Source of the DNA: Octopus vulgaris
Taxonomy: Eukaryota
Length of the DNA: 64,000 nt
NCBI GenBank assembly: GCA_951406725.2
Contig: OX597825.1
Span: forward strand, 13,702,001 to 13,766,000
Reading direction: 5' to 3'
Numbering within the stretch: the stretch's first letter is position 1; each line of letters opens with the position of its first letter. This document shows, piece by piece, positions 28,141 to 41,520 of this stretch. The notes under the pieces were generated by a model. The model made no database searches. It worked only from the letters and a program-made list of their open reading frames with translations, and was not told the DNA's origin. A program made the translations under genes and the position numbers.

Positions 28141-28212
28141 CTGTGTATGTGTGTATATGTACATATATATATGTATGTGTGTGCATATAAATATATAAAT
28201 ATATATACATAA

Positions 28213-28296
<84 letters not shown>

Positions 28297-28738
28297 CTGT
28301 ATATATGCATGTACATATGATATATATATATATATGTAACTATATATGTATCTCAAAACATAAAGCATATCTATATGTATCTGTATATGTGTGTGTGTGT
28401 GTGTGTGTGCTGTCTGTATATTTGTTCCAATATATGTAGGTATGAATAAAACGCATTTGAAATGTATGTGAAAGTTTGGAGTTTCTTCACTTTATCTGCA
28501 GCTCTGTCTGTGTGTCTGTGTGCATGTGTATGTGTGTGTGTGTGTGCTGAGTATGTTGTGTGGAAAAGAAATTAAATTTATATTTTCGTAACCAAAGTGT
28601 TTTGAGTTCAATACATGAGTTTATATTTCACCTTCAAATAGTAAAGTTTTTACATTAAACATCTTTTATTCATCGCATAAATCTGATTTCAGATCAAACA
28701 TCAGATGTTTTTTGCTGGTTGCATAATTAATATCAAAC

Positions 28739-28820
<82 letters not shown>

Positions 28821-29690
28821 GCACACACATACACACACATGCACACATACAAACGTACGTGCCTTCCTTCCTATATAGATTTATAGACAGACATCCTACA
28901 CACACAATCATAAAACATAAACACATAAATACCCCTATTCTAACACAGAGGCACACACAGACAAACAGAAGTGCACGCACACACACATATGCGTGCACAC
29001 ATACACACACATACATGTGCACACAACAACCACTTGCACACAAAACAACCACTTGTACACACACATGCTCACACTCACACACACATACACACACACATAT
29101 ACACTCACACACACGCACACACGCACACATTCACGCACACGCAGACAGTCTCACACACACACACACACTCTCCTTCAGTCCTGTATAGAGAGACAGAGAG
29201 ACACCCTACACACATTTGCAAGACACATAAACACACCTATCCCAACACAAAGGCACATATGCACACACACACACACACATACACACATACACACACACTC
29301 ACACACACACACACCACACACAACTTCCCCCTTCTATAGAAATACAGACGTCCTACACACTTCTGTAAAACAGAAGCCAGTAACACAGAAACACCCCTAT
29401 CCAAAGACAGAGGCACACACACACTTACACACACACACACACTCACACTCATACACACTCACACATACACACACGCACACCCTCCCACACATACACACAC
29501 ACACACTCACACACACACATACACACACACACTCACACACACACAGACACACACACATACTCCCCACACACACCCTTCCACTCACACATACACACTCACA
29601 CACACACACACAGTCACACTCACACACACTCACACTCACACATACACACACACCCTCCCACACACACACACACACACTCACACACACAGA
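28020..29690. repeat. Compound (TA)n, (TG)n, (CT)n and (CA)n low-complexity region
   Basis: (CT)n at 28743-28817; CA-rich 28960-29690. Confidence 0.85.
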
Positions 29691-30259
29691 AAGTCCTCCA
29701 TCCACAAGTAACAGACAGAGAAATGTAGGTAATATCAAAGTTGATAAGTTGGCAAGTTCTTAAGAATTCCGCTGTTGGTCAGACTTTATTGATTTGGTAA
29801 GAACCTGTATGAAGTTCTAACAAATGGAATTCGTTTGATGCAGGAAGATAGGTTGGTAGTCAGACAGTCAGTCACGTTGAAAATGTGTACTAACGCGGAT
29901 AGCATAGGGAGAGAAGTCTGTGATTGTAGCCTGATAGCCTGAGCATTGTATCTTTTTTCCCTTTCCTTTTTATCATCAGCATCATCATCACCATCACCAT
30001 CATTGACATCGTCTTCGTCGTCCTCGCTGACGTCATCATGTAGGATAATTTCTTTGAAGGCCGACATCAGAGAAGTTACGAGCATGGCATGGTGCGTCTC
30101 GTTGCACTCACTGTTGTTGAACCCTAGGTCAGGTCTGTTTGAGTAAACCTATGATCACAGCCTTTCCAACAATGATCGTCTCATCTCATCTTCTTTTCAG
30201 ATCCAGAGTTTGTAGATCTGTATTACGATATATGTTTTTTCTTCCGAGATGTTTAATAA

Positions 30260-30570
30260 TCTCTATATATATAAACGGCAAAATGTTTGTCTGTGCGCGT
30301 ATCCTTTATACACAGCCACAATTTTTCAGTTAGAGGGCTCGCACTTTCTATGGTCATTCAAAACCGTCCAAGGGTGGTCGTGCACATCTTCACATTTTCC
30401 CAGTCATCCTGCAAACCCATTAAAAAATCAATAGAAGTGACATTTTTGTGAATTTTCTAACCAAAACCCAATCAAAATGCCCGGAACTTGATACACCAAT
30501 TGAATGCCAGCTAGCTGTATGCGACTGGTCGGAGATTTGGACAGTACTTGTTGCAGGGTCATAGTGCTAG
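30260..30570 (+). mobile_element. Non-autonomous Helitron, second family, hairpin partly lost
   Basis: A|TCTCTATATATATAAA...TTTGTCTGTG start and GGGTCATAGTGCTAG|T end. Confidence 0.65.
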
Positions 30571-30961
30571 TATATAACTATTTTTTAACATAATAAGAGG
30601 TTTGGCTGCTTTTTCTAGCATGCTGAATGACCAAGAATAAGCTTGTTCATTGATTTCAAATTTTAGCACAAGGCCAGCAATTAGACACTGTAAATGACTG
30701 ATGTACAGCAGGATGTAGCAGTGAGAGTTTCAGTAAAATAAATTCTTTTCAGAGCTTAGAAGGTTCCATAGAAATATATGGTAGCTTCTGTTACCTAAGA
30801 GACCTAATCAGTTGTGTAGGGGATTGCACTGAAGGGGAAGTAGAAAGAAAAGGAACAAGATAGAATAAGTTCAGGGAGCTATTACATATGCTAGCCAGAA
30901 GGGGTTTCTTTCTTCAAGCAAAGGGTTTGTGTTGAAAGTACAATACTTCATGGTTATATGT

Positions 30962-31298
30962 GAAGACACATGGCTCAGTGGTTAGAGCGTCGAGCTTACG
31001 ATCGTGAGGTTGTGAGCTCAAATCCCGGACCAGGCTGCGTGTTGTGTTCTTGAGCAAGACACTTTATTTCACATTGCTCCAGTTCACTCAGCTGTAGAAA
31101 TGAGCTGCGACATCACAGGTGCCAAGTTGTATCGGCCCCTTTGCCTTTCCCTTGGATAACATCGGTGACGTGGAGAGGGGAGGCTGGCATGCATGGGTGA
31201 CTGCTGGTCTTCCATAAACAACCTTGCCTGGACTTGTGCCTGGGAGGGTAACTTTCTAGGTGCAATCCCATGGTCTGTGTCGTAACCGAAGGGGGTCA
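30962..31298 (+). mobile_element. tRNA-derived SINE family E (CORE-like body)
   Basis: A-box TGGCTCAGTGG, B-box-like GCTCAAATCC, CTTGAGCAAGACACTT, CACTCAGCTGTAGAAATGAG. Confidence 0.85.
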
Positions 31299-31573
31299 GT
31301 TCGTCTGTCGTTGTTGGTGATGAGCAAGGAAATCTCATGGAGAAGAAGTCAGATCACAGTGTGTCTTGCTGTGGCCAGTCAGTCCGATGTTTGTTCGGAA
31401 GGCTTTGCAGCAGGATGGGCACTGGTGGTCTGCTGGGACCAAAGGCAAGGAATTGGTTCTGTACTTGCGCAGTTCACATAATTTTTTTTTATTTTAGTGT
31501 CCCTGCAATCCTGTGCTGTTTGTAGGAGATGACACCTCTGTGGGTGCCACTTCACCAATCAGCAGGATTTTTC

Positions 31574-31718
31574 ATCATCATCATCATCATTGTTTAATGT
31601 CCGTTTTCCATGCTAGAATGGGTTGGACGGTTTGACCGGGGTCTGGGAAACCAGGAGGCTGCACCAGGCTCCAGTCTGATCTGGCAGTGTTTCTACAGCT
31701 GGATGTCCTTCCTAACGT
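31574..31718 (-). mobile_element. Short family C copy
   Basis: (CAT)n tail plus ~125 bp of RTE 3' end. Confidence 0.8.
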
Positions 31719-32746
31719 TTTGTGCTATGTAATTGCATATGGATGATAGCAGATGAGTAAAAGGAATATCAAGAGATCTAAGTGGAAGGAAACAGGAAAC
31801 CATGGAAGAGAAAGACCACACACACACATACACACACAGATACACATTCACAAACACACACATCGCTGTATACCTTTTATTTCTTTGTTTGAATATTGAA
31901 ATCAGAACCGACAGAAAAGAGAAAAATCAAAAACAACTGATGCTAGATTCTCTAGTTTTATGCTTTGAATCCAAAATGAAAGTCAATCCTAAATTTTACC
32001 GTTGCTTCACATCTTTCCTGTGCATGGAATAAATAGCAGATTGACTACAAAACAGAGGGGGGATGGGTATGATTGGAAGCTAGAATAGTCGAGTGATGGA
32101 ATGTTTGATGTTAGCTTCACAGCCTCAACCATAAATTGAACGAAAGGAAACAATCCTGCAGTAGATTAGCTGAATCATGTTTGAAGTTAAATGTACGTCT
32201 GGTTCACTTGATGCCATAAATTGGTAATGGTCTTTTTCTCTCAGATATCTTGGCTTGATTACAATTAATATTAATGATTTCTTTGAAAACGGTTGGTTAT
32301 ATTCTCTTGGATGAATGTCAGTATGTCACAAACCCTTCATTTTGGCAAGCGGACATGATCTCCGAATCGAGAAGAGGAATAAGGCTAAAGTATTTAGTGC
32401 GGTATTTAATTTTCTCCCTCTCATTTACAAGATCAAATTTATCGGGAAGAAAGGAATAGAAAGCACTGCTGTGTGTATAATATTCCATCGTTTATATATA
32501 ATATGGAGATGCTGCTATGATTAATTATTGAATGAGGGGAATGTTTGCAAGATGAGGGATCTATCACATCTGGACCCAACAAAGACAACAGATATTGAAA
32601 TTGACAGAACCGTATTGTTAGAAGAGGGTTTAGGAATTTGATGATGGAAAAATCAGTTGAATCTTCAGGGCTTGTTAAAAATAGCTGGCAAATTAAGAGA
32701 GGCATTCATCACCTGCATAGCCATTCAGGTAATATAACAGGATATT

Positions 32747-33055
32747 AAGGTGGCAAGCTGGCAGAATCGTTAGCACGCCAGGTGAAATACTTAGCGGTAT
32801 TTCGTCTGCCATTATGTTCTGAGTTCAAATTACACCAAGGTTGACTTTAACTTTCATTCTTTCAGGGTCGATAAATTAAGTACCAGTTACGCACTGGGGT
32901 TGATGTAATCAATTTAATCCGTTTGTCGGTCCTTGTTTATCCCCTCTGTGTTTAACCCCTTGTGGGTTGTAAAGAAATAGGTATTTCATCTGCCGTTACA
33001 TTCTGAGTTCAAATTCCACCAAGGTCGACTTTACCTTTCATCCTTTCGGGGGTGA
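32747..33055 (+). mobile_element. SINE family B with partial tandem second unit
   Basis: AAGGTGGCAAGCTGGCAGAATCG head; core repeated from 32980. Confidence 0.85.
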
Positions 33056-34227
33056 TTATATATACCTATATATCGCCTGTACCTATATCGCCTGTACCTA
33101 AACAAGGGAATGTTTGTTAAGAGTGAACCTTTGCATTCATGTAATTGCTTGCTATGGAATTAAGAAATAGTGGTAACAATTTTATCTAGCGACAAAGATG
33201 TGGTCTTTATAAAAAGATTGATGTCATCTTTTGACAAGTTTGAAGAATTTGTTACGTATAATTGATTTTATCTCAATATATTACAGGTGTTTGTTTTGTT
33301 GGCAGCAAAGCAATTAAACACTAGAGTTGCACAGTTGCAGAATATTCTTAAAGCTCTTCTGCTGAACTAATGATAACTAGAAGCTAGACAATGTGTAATG
33401 AAGTTACAAGTTTAATTGTATTTAAAAATGATTGTTATTCACGATATAACTCAGGTGCATAGCTTTTGGCTAAAAAATTTCCTATAAAGAAATCATTTTA
33501 TTTTTTGTTTTACGTAATGTTGCTGGAGACAAATAATATCAATATCATCTCTAATATTACCAAAAACAATTTGATAAATATAATTTCCGATGGCATATAT
33601 ACACTACAGTTCAATAGATATGATTAGCCTCAAACAATTCTTCTGGTGAGATTTTGAATGCTGAATCTAACGGTAGATGCAACGAGAACACCAGGTATTG
33701 TGCAGCTATTCCATTGTTCAGCTATTCCATTGTGCAATTATAGGAAGAATACATCAGTGATTGAGCTGACTCAGCTATAGTGCAATTATATTTTTCCTTG
33801 GCAAGATATCTTGTATTGGAACAAATAATGTCTCTACGACAGACGTAACGCAACCACGTTTCCTAAACAACGGACATTTCAATACTGGTTGATAGCCTGG
33901 TGAATGATTGCTCGGTCACTTTTATTATCGCACAAGTTACTAGTAATTTTCTAATACCGTTTGCTTGATGGACAAGTACATCATATTGATCAACCGTCAG
34001 AATACGACATGGTTTTTATTGATCTTTCGCAAAAGTTATGTAGCGTTTGCTGCTAATCTCTGTGGATTACGGTGAAAATGAGATGTTTAATTAAAGAAGA
34101 GAGAATAAATGGAAACAAGAGTAAATATGGCTGACTGATTAACAAGCTTGCCTTGCTACCCCAGGGTTCTGAGTTCAATTCCAGACCAGCCAATACTTTA
34201 TTAGTGAATATGGTAGATGGAAACTAT

Positions 34228-34622
34228 GAGTGGCTGTGTGGTAAGAAACTTGCTTAACCCTTTCATTTTTTTTTTTTTTTTTTTTTGAGATGCTTTGTGT
34301 TTCTTTCAATTACTTTAAATATAACAAAGAATTTAGTAAAATAACTTAGTTGTCATTCAGCTAGTGTTAGGAACATAAATTGTGACGGAGGTTTGGTGGC
34401 AGATTTTAATTCAGAACTTTAGAAAATAAGACATTTGTACTACAGAGCCAGAGCCAGTTTCAGCCGAGTTGGTAATGAAAGGGTTAACAAACACATGGTT
34501 TCAGGTTCGGTCCCAAGGGTCTTCTACTACAGCCTCGGGCCGACCAAAGTCTTGTGAGTGGATTTGGTAGATGGAAACTGAAAGGCCGTTGTATATGTGT
34601 ATGTGTGTGTGCGTGTGTGTGC

Positions 34623-34682
<60 letters not shown>

Positions 34683-34740
34683 ATGTGCCTTTGTTTGTCT
34701 CCCCACCATCACTTGACAACCGATGTTGGTGTGTTTATGT
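34228..34740 (+). mobile_element. SINE family A interrupted by a piggyBac MITE
   Basis: Head GAGTGGCTGTGTGGTAAG resumes after 34487. Confidence 0.75.
34258..34483. mobile_element. piggyBac-type MITE
   Basis: TTAA TSD at 34254-34257 and 34484-34487; 10-bp TIR CCCTTTCATT/AATGAAAGGG. Confidence 0.85.
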
Positions 34741-34854
34741 CTTCATCGGAAACATAGGAGAAGGAAAGATCCAGAGAAGGGAAGACAGAGGAAAAAATAA
34801 TCGCCAACGGTACACACGCGGTCACATTTTGAATGTGTATATATATATATATAA

Positions 34855-35943
34855 AATGAGTACAGTGAAGAATTCCGGGTAGAGGTAGGGGTCCACCAAG
34901 GCTCAGTACTCAGCCCCCTCCTATTTATCATAGTCCTCCAGGCAATAACGGAGGAATTCAAGACAGGATGCCCTTGGGAGCTCCTCTATGCTGATGACCT
35001 TGCTCTAATTGCTGAGTCGCTATCAGAACTGGAGGAGAAGTTTCAGGTGTGGAAACAAGGATTAGAATCGAAGGGCCTCAGAGTCAATCTAGCTAAAACC
35101 AAAGTCGTAATCAGTAGGAAGGTAGACAAATCACAAACACCTTCAGGTAGATGGCCCTGCTCGATCTGTAGAAAAGGTGTAGGTAGAAACTCTATAAGAT
35201 GCACCAAGTGTAAGCTATGGACACATAAGAGATGCAGCAATGTCAAAGGAAGGCTAACTAGGAAGATGGTTTTTGTATGTGGCAGATGCTCAGGAACAAT
35301 AAACACTGAAAATGCTCTGAGACCAACTTCTGTCACTTTCCAGGGAGAAAAACTAGAAATAGTTGATAGTTTCCGTTACCTAGGTGACCAAGTCAGCAGC
35401 GGGGGCGGGTGTGCTGAAAGTGTAACTGCTAGAGTAAGAATAGCTTGGGCAAAGTTCAGAGAGCTCTTACCTCTGCTGGTGACAAAAGGCCTCTCGCACA
35501 GAGTGAAAGGCAGACTGTATGATGCGTGTGTACGAACAGCCATGCTACATGGCAGTGAAACATGGGCCGTGACTGCTGAGGATATGCGTAAGCTCGCTAG
35601 AAATGAAGCCAGTATGCTCCGATGGATGTGTAATGCCAGTACTCACACTCGGCAGGGTGTAAGTACCTTGAGAGAAAAGCTGGACCTAAGAAGCATCAGT
35701 TGTGGTGTGCAAGAGAGACGTTTGCGCTGGTATGGTCATGTGGCGAGAATGGATGAAGATAGTTGTGTGAAAAAGTGCCACACCCTAGCGGTTGAGGGAA
35801 CCTGTGGAAGAGGCAGACCCAGGAAAACCTGGGACGAGGTGGTGAAGCACGACCTTCGAACTTTAGGTCTCACCGAGGAAATGACTAGAGACCGAGACCT
35901 CTGGAAGTGTGCTGTGCGCGAGAAGACCCGGCAGGACAAGTGA
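34855..35943 (+). CDS. 5'-truncated RTE-clade LINE ORF (362 open codons): C-terminal reverse transcriptase with inserted PHD finger
   Basis: GVHQGSVLSPLLF, LLYADD, GLRVNLAKTK, FRYLG, LHGSETW, RRLRWYGHV, GRGRPRKTW motifs; frame open from 34855, upstream of the track's start; no true start codon. Confidence 0.93.
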   Translation, partial: NEYSEEFRVEVGVHQGSVLSPLLFIIVLQAITEEFKTGCPWELLYADDLALIAESLSELEEKFQVWKQGLESKGLRVNLAKTKVVISRKVDKSQTPSGRWPCSICRKGVGRNSIRCTKCKLWTHKRCSNVKGRLTRKMVFVCGRCSGTINTENALRPTSVTFQGEKLEIVDSFRYLGDQVSSGGGCAESVTARVRIAWAKFRELLPLLVTKGLSHRVKGRLYDACVRTAMLHGSETWAVTAEDMRKLARNEASMLRWMCNASTHTRQGVSTLREKLDLRSISCGVQERRLRWYGHVARMDEDSCVKKCHTLAVEGTCGRGRPRKTWDEVVKHDLRTLGLTEEMTRDRDLWKCAVREKTRQDK

Positions 35944-36545
35944 GTCCACAACCCGTGGCCTTCTACATGGGATGGAGCCAGCCTACGTATGCATACCTTC
36001 CCTTCTTGGGACACAAAACTCTACTTGTGAAGACGTGTTGAGGCAAGTGAGGATCAGAATCGAAATCGATCAATGGAAATTGCGGATGTGCTACCAGTGC
36101 CGGTGGCATGTCGAAACTCTGCTTGTGAAGACCCATTGAGGCAAGTGAGGATCAGAATCGAAATCGATCAATGGAAATCGATCAATGGAAATTGCAGATG
36201 TGTTACCAGTGCCGGTGGCATGTAAGAGAACCTTCCGTTTCGCGACCGTTGCCAGCACCGCCCCGTTTCGTGTTCGTTGCCAGCCTCGCCTGGCCCTCGT
36301 GCCGGTGGCACATAAAAAACACCATCCGTTCGTGGCCGTTTGCCAGCTCTGGCTGGCACCAGTGCGGGTGGCACGAAAAAGCACCCACTACACTCACGGA
36401 GTGGTTGGCGTTAGGAAGGGCATCCAGCCGTAGAAACACTGCCAGATTTGACTGGGCCTGATGAAGCCTTCTGGCTTCACAGACCCCAGCAGAACCGTCC
36501 AACCCATGCTAGCATGGAAAACGGACGCTAAATGATGATGATGAT
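35944..36545 (+). mobile_element. RTE 3' UTR with ~100-bp duplication, ~60-bp units and (GAT)n tail; matches family C
   Basis: Directly follows the ORF stop; matches about 15 dispersed short copies. Confidence 0.8.
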
Positions 36546-36571
36546 ACACATATATATATATATACACATAT

Positions 36572-36720
36572 ATGGGTACAGGATATCACCAACAGTAAAC
36601 AACAGGAAATATGAAAAGAAATGAGTTAAATACACAAATAACAAGAGTAAAAAAGGACAAGTTTTACAAAGAAGGACCCTTCATCAGTTGTTGGCTGTCT
36701 ATCTACTCCCCATTTCGAGC
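36572..36720 (-). mobile_element. (TA)n-associated repeat with hammerhead-like core fragments
   Basis: Minus strand GCTC-GAAA...CTGATGA-AGGGT; stems I and III not evident. Confidence 0.3.
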
Positions 36721-37549
36721 AAGGCATGGTTGTGTGGTAAAAAGCTTGCTTCCCAACCACATGGTTCTCGGTTCACTCCTACTGCATTGCACCTTGGGCA
36801 AGTGTCTTCTATTAGAGCCACAGGCTGACAAGAATCCTTGTCAGTGGATCTGGTAGACAGAAGCTGAAAGAAAATCACATTATGCATACACACACACATA
36901 TATGTATACACACACACACATACACACATGTACATATGCTGTGAGATAATTCTTAGAGGCTTCTGCTCAAAGAAAATTGTTTAACTTGAAGAAAATTGTA
37001 GAATTCAGTTTGTCTGTTTTACGTAACTGGCAGTTTGTGCTTATAGCCAGAGGACACGTTTGCGGATATGCTGTCAAAATGGCTAAGTAAATTGAAGAGA
37101 CACAGAGAGAAAGAGAGAGAGAATGAGAAAGATGTAGAGGAAAGAGATGGAAGACGGAGATTTTACAGAGAGGTAGTGACTTTAAGATAGTGAGATAGCT
37201 GAAAGGAAGCCATTTTCCCTTTGATTCCAGGCTTTAATCAGTGGTTATTTGGAAGGTGTGTTTACGTGTTTAATGTCTATCTTTCTTCATTTTGGATAAT
37301 TTTGATGCATCGGAATTTTCATGGTATTAAGTCTGTGTTTGGAAATTTTGTATTTCTGTGTTGTTGTGCATTTAATAAATATATGTTTGTTTGTGTGTGT
37401 GTGGAAGTTTTTGTGTATTTGATGACTGAACGAAAACAATGATAACAAAATAAAACGCATCTGTTTTTTTATTTTTTATCTTTTACTTGTTTCTGTCATC
37501 TGACTGTGGCCATGCTGGGGCACTGTCTAGAAGAATTTCTTTTAGTTGA

Positions 37550-38395
37550 CTCTTTTACTCTTTTACTCTTGGTTCCGTCATGTGACTGTGGCCACACTGG
37601 AGCACCGCCTTTAGGCGAGCAAATCGACCCCCAGGACTTATTCTTTGTAAGCCTAGTACTTATTCTATCAGTCTCTTTTGCCAAACCGCTAAGTTACAGG
37701 GACGTAAACACACCAGCATCGGCTGTCAAGCAATGTTGGGGAGACAAACACAGACACACAACCATATACACACATACATACAAACATACATACATATATA
37801 TACAACAGGCTTCTTTCAGTTTCTGTCTACCAAATCCACTCACAAGGCTTTGGTCGGCCCAAGGCTATAGTAGAAGATACTTGCCCAAGATGCCATGCAG
37901 TGGGACTGAACCAGGAACCATGTGGTTGGTAAGCAAGCTACTTACCACACAGCCGCTCCTGCACCTATACTTACCACACAGCCTCTCCTGTGCCTATATT
38001 TATTTATTGATCTCTTTTTGTTGAACTGCTAAGCTATGGAGATGTTATCACATCACCACCAGTTGACAGGCAGTAATGAGGGATAAACACAAAAGGAAAG
38101 ACACACACACACACGTGCCAACATACACCCACCAATACACATACACAGGCACACACACTCATGCCAACACATATGCACCCACACACACACATGCACGCAC
38201 ATGCACTTACACGTGCACATACACATGCACACATAAATAAAGGCTTCTTTCAGTTACCATCTACCAAATCCCCTCACAAAGATTTGATTGGCAGGAAGGT
38301 ATAATAGAAGACATTCGTCCAAGGTGCCATGCAGTGGGACTGAATCCAGAACCATGTGGTTGGAAAGCAAACTTCTTACCACACAGCCACGCCTG
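37550..38395 (-). mobile_element. Two adjacent SINE family A copies
   Basis: Full copy ~37550-37966 and an older copy ending ~38395. Confidence 0.8.
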
Positions 38396-39169
38396 CTCCT
38401 TGGAGATTTTTACAAAACGTGCATCACAGAAGCATGCATGACTCACTACATTACACACCAGTGCTACCATTATGAGGAGATTACGTATAACTCAAGAGCT
38501 TAATGCACATTTTCCGTGTAATAAACAGTTGCAAAGTGAACCACTACCATCTCTGCAGAAGATAAGACTCTGGTTTGACACATAATTCGGTTCAGGAAAA
38601 AGATTTGAAATCATCAGCTAAAGCTTATATAGAACTCATAAATTTTACAATTCTCCTGTTGGTTGAAATTTGGCTTTAAATAGGCTAAAATTTGGTATTT
38701 GAGAGAATTAATGTTGCTCTACTTTTGGCAATAACTAAATCTATCAGAGAGTATACAAATGAGTTTGATAAGTTCAGCTGCACTGTCAAATGAAGAAACT
38801 CATGTTTCTCTGTGTGTGTATATATATCACGTGACCAACCAGACAATCAGATGTTGTTACACATCGCTGGTCACAATGCGTTCACATTGTTTTAGCCTTT
38901 GAATGACGCCACCCCGCTGGCTAAGCAAGCAGGCCAGTGTATATATATGTATATATACACACACTCACGGAGTGGTTGGCGTTAGGAAGGGCATCCAGCT
39001 GTAGAAACACTGCCAGATCAGACTGGAGCCTGGTGCATCCTCCTGGCTTTCCAGACCCCTGTCAAACCGTCCAACCCGTGCTAGTATGGAAAACGGGCGT
39101 TAAATGATGATGGTGATGATGATGATGATGAGATATATATATATATACATATACACATATACACATGAT

Positions 39170-39633
39170 GATGGCCTTCCTCTCATGATCGAGGAGGCCA
39201 TTGCTAACTTTCAGGAACATTGTACGATCTAGGACTAACTTACATTTTGCATTTGCGGATCCATTGGTGGCTAATGAGACCTGCTCTTGGCAAGCATACA
39301 TGATTGCAAATATTGCAGACCAAGCTTTCCCCATTCACTACACCAGCATTGTGCTTTCGAGCAGCACACTTAAGTTCTTCATGCTGGATACGTGATCTTT
39401 CAAAAGTGTCGATCCCCTCCTTAACCTGCTTCCTCCATCTGTGGTAATGACAAGCATTGCACTACACGTCAGTCTCCTGCATATCACAGGTCTTTAATTA
39501 GGACTTGACACAGTCTTTAAATTGCAGCCTTGGTTTCTGCCAAGGTCTCTTTCCATTCACAAGTTCCCCATGTAGCATCTGCATAGGGATCCTGCTATCC
39601 TCCATTCTAATAAGGTGCCCAGTCCAATGTAAG
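39170..39633 (-). pseudogene. Decayed RTE-BovB-type LINE C-terminus
   Basis: LHWTGHLIRMEDSRIPMQMLHGEL..GKRP..KPRLQFKD, then after frameshifts CNICNHVCLPRAGLISH (zinc-finger-like). Confidence 0.8.
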
Positions 39634-39782
39634 TGCGTGTGTGTGTGCATGCACACGCATGTGTGTATGTGTGTGTGCGTATAAACGCACAATACACACA
39701 TACACACATACACACATACACACATTAAATCTATCTTCATTTAAATTTTGTTTAAATGAAGAAAAGGTATATAAAAGTATAT

Positions 39783-39920
39783 AGGCGTAGGAGTAACTGT
39801 GTGGTAAGTAGCTTGCTTATGAACCACTTGGTTCCAGGTTCAGTCCCACTGCATGGCACCTTGGGCAAGTGTCTTCTACAGGTGTATTTGATACATGGAA
39901 ACTGAAAGAAGCCTGTCGTA

Positions 39921-39963
<43 letters not shown>

Positions 39964-40165
39964 GTGTGTGTATATGTTTGTGTGTCTGTGTTTGTCCCCC
40001 CCCCCCAACATCGGTTGACAACCAATGCTGGTATGTTTACATCTCTATAACTTAGCAGTTCGGCAAAAGAGACCGATAGAATAAGTACTAGGCTTACAAA
40101 TAATAAGTCCTGAGGTCGATTTGCTTGACTAAAAGGCGGTGCTCCAGCATGGCCACAGTCAAATG
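39783..40165 (+). mobile_element. SINE family A with internal deletion
   Basis: Head and tail match the family. Confidence 0.85.
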
Positions 40166-40999
40166 AGTAGTTTTTAAAATTCCTTTATTTTCTGCTTTGA
40201 TATTAGAAGTTCTATATTTTGTATTTGCAATTCATAATACTATTAAGCTACAATTTATTAGCTTAAATTTTGATACGATCCAAAGATTTGGTTCTTAAGC
40301 TTTGCATCATATTGCTAGCAATTAGTGTTAATGCCAGCAGAATTCTTCAAATATTCTTCTTTACATACAAGATTTTCTAATGGTTATTTTTGCTGGCTTC
40401 GCTATATTGGCAAAATTAGATATAAATTCTTGTTACCAATTACATTTAAAAACTAAATTATCACACCAATTTTTCTATTTAGACAAACTTAGCACGCAGC
40501 AAATCGTAGACACAATTTAGAAGAATTTTCAGAATGGTGACTTATTTGATTTCCTATCAAATTGAACTTCAATGTGTGGTTATGGAATCGTATAAGCAAC
40601 ATTGGTGATTATAGACAAGTTGTGGCAACATACATATTAATTTATTCATCCATTTTACAGCGTGAGAAATTCTAATGTTAATAGTGCTTCCGACTTGTCA
40701 ATTTACCGTTAATTTGGCACATTTCACCATTCCATCTCATCGTTCACTGTATCTTCCCTTCCGCCTTGCCCACCACCTCTGAGCAAGTTAGATTGAAAAA
40801 AAAATTCCCTATATTGCTTTGGGTATAGAATGGTGTTAGGTTGTGAGCATGTGTGTGTGTGTGTGTGTGTGTGGCATGGTGTGTGTGTGGGTGGGTGTAG
40901 TAATAACCTGTGTCTATTTTTCTGTGAATTGTGAGATATTTGTATCCTTTGCATTATTTATTCATGTTTGATGTCGAGGTTTCTTGAAAACACACAAAC

Positions 41000-41520
<521 letters not shown>

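Noticed and set aside
33287-33370. Possible terminal exon VFVLLAAKQLNTRVAQLQNILKALLLN* after TTACAG
   Set aside because: Too short, no recognisable homology and no partner exons.
36458-36480. CTGATGA-AGCC-TTCT-GGCT looks like a hammerhead 5' half
   Set aside because: No GAAA follows, and most family C copies read CTGGTGCAGCC here.
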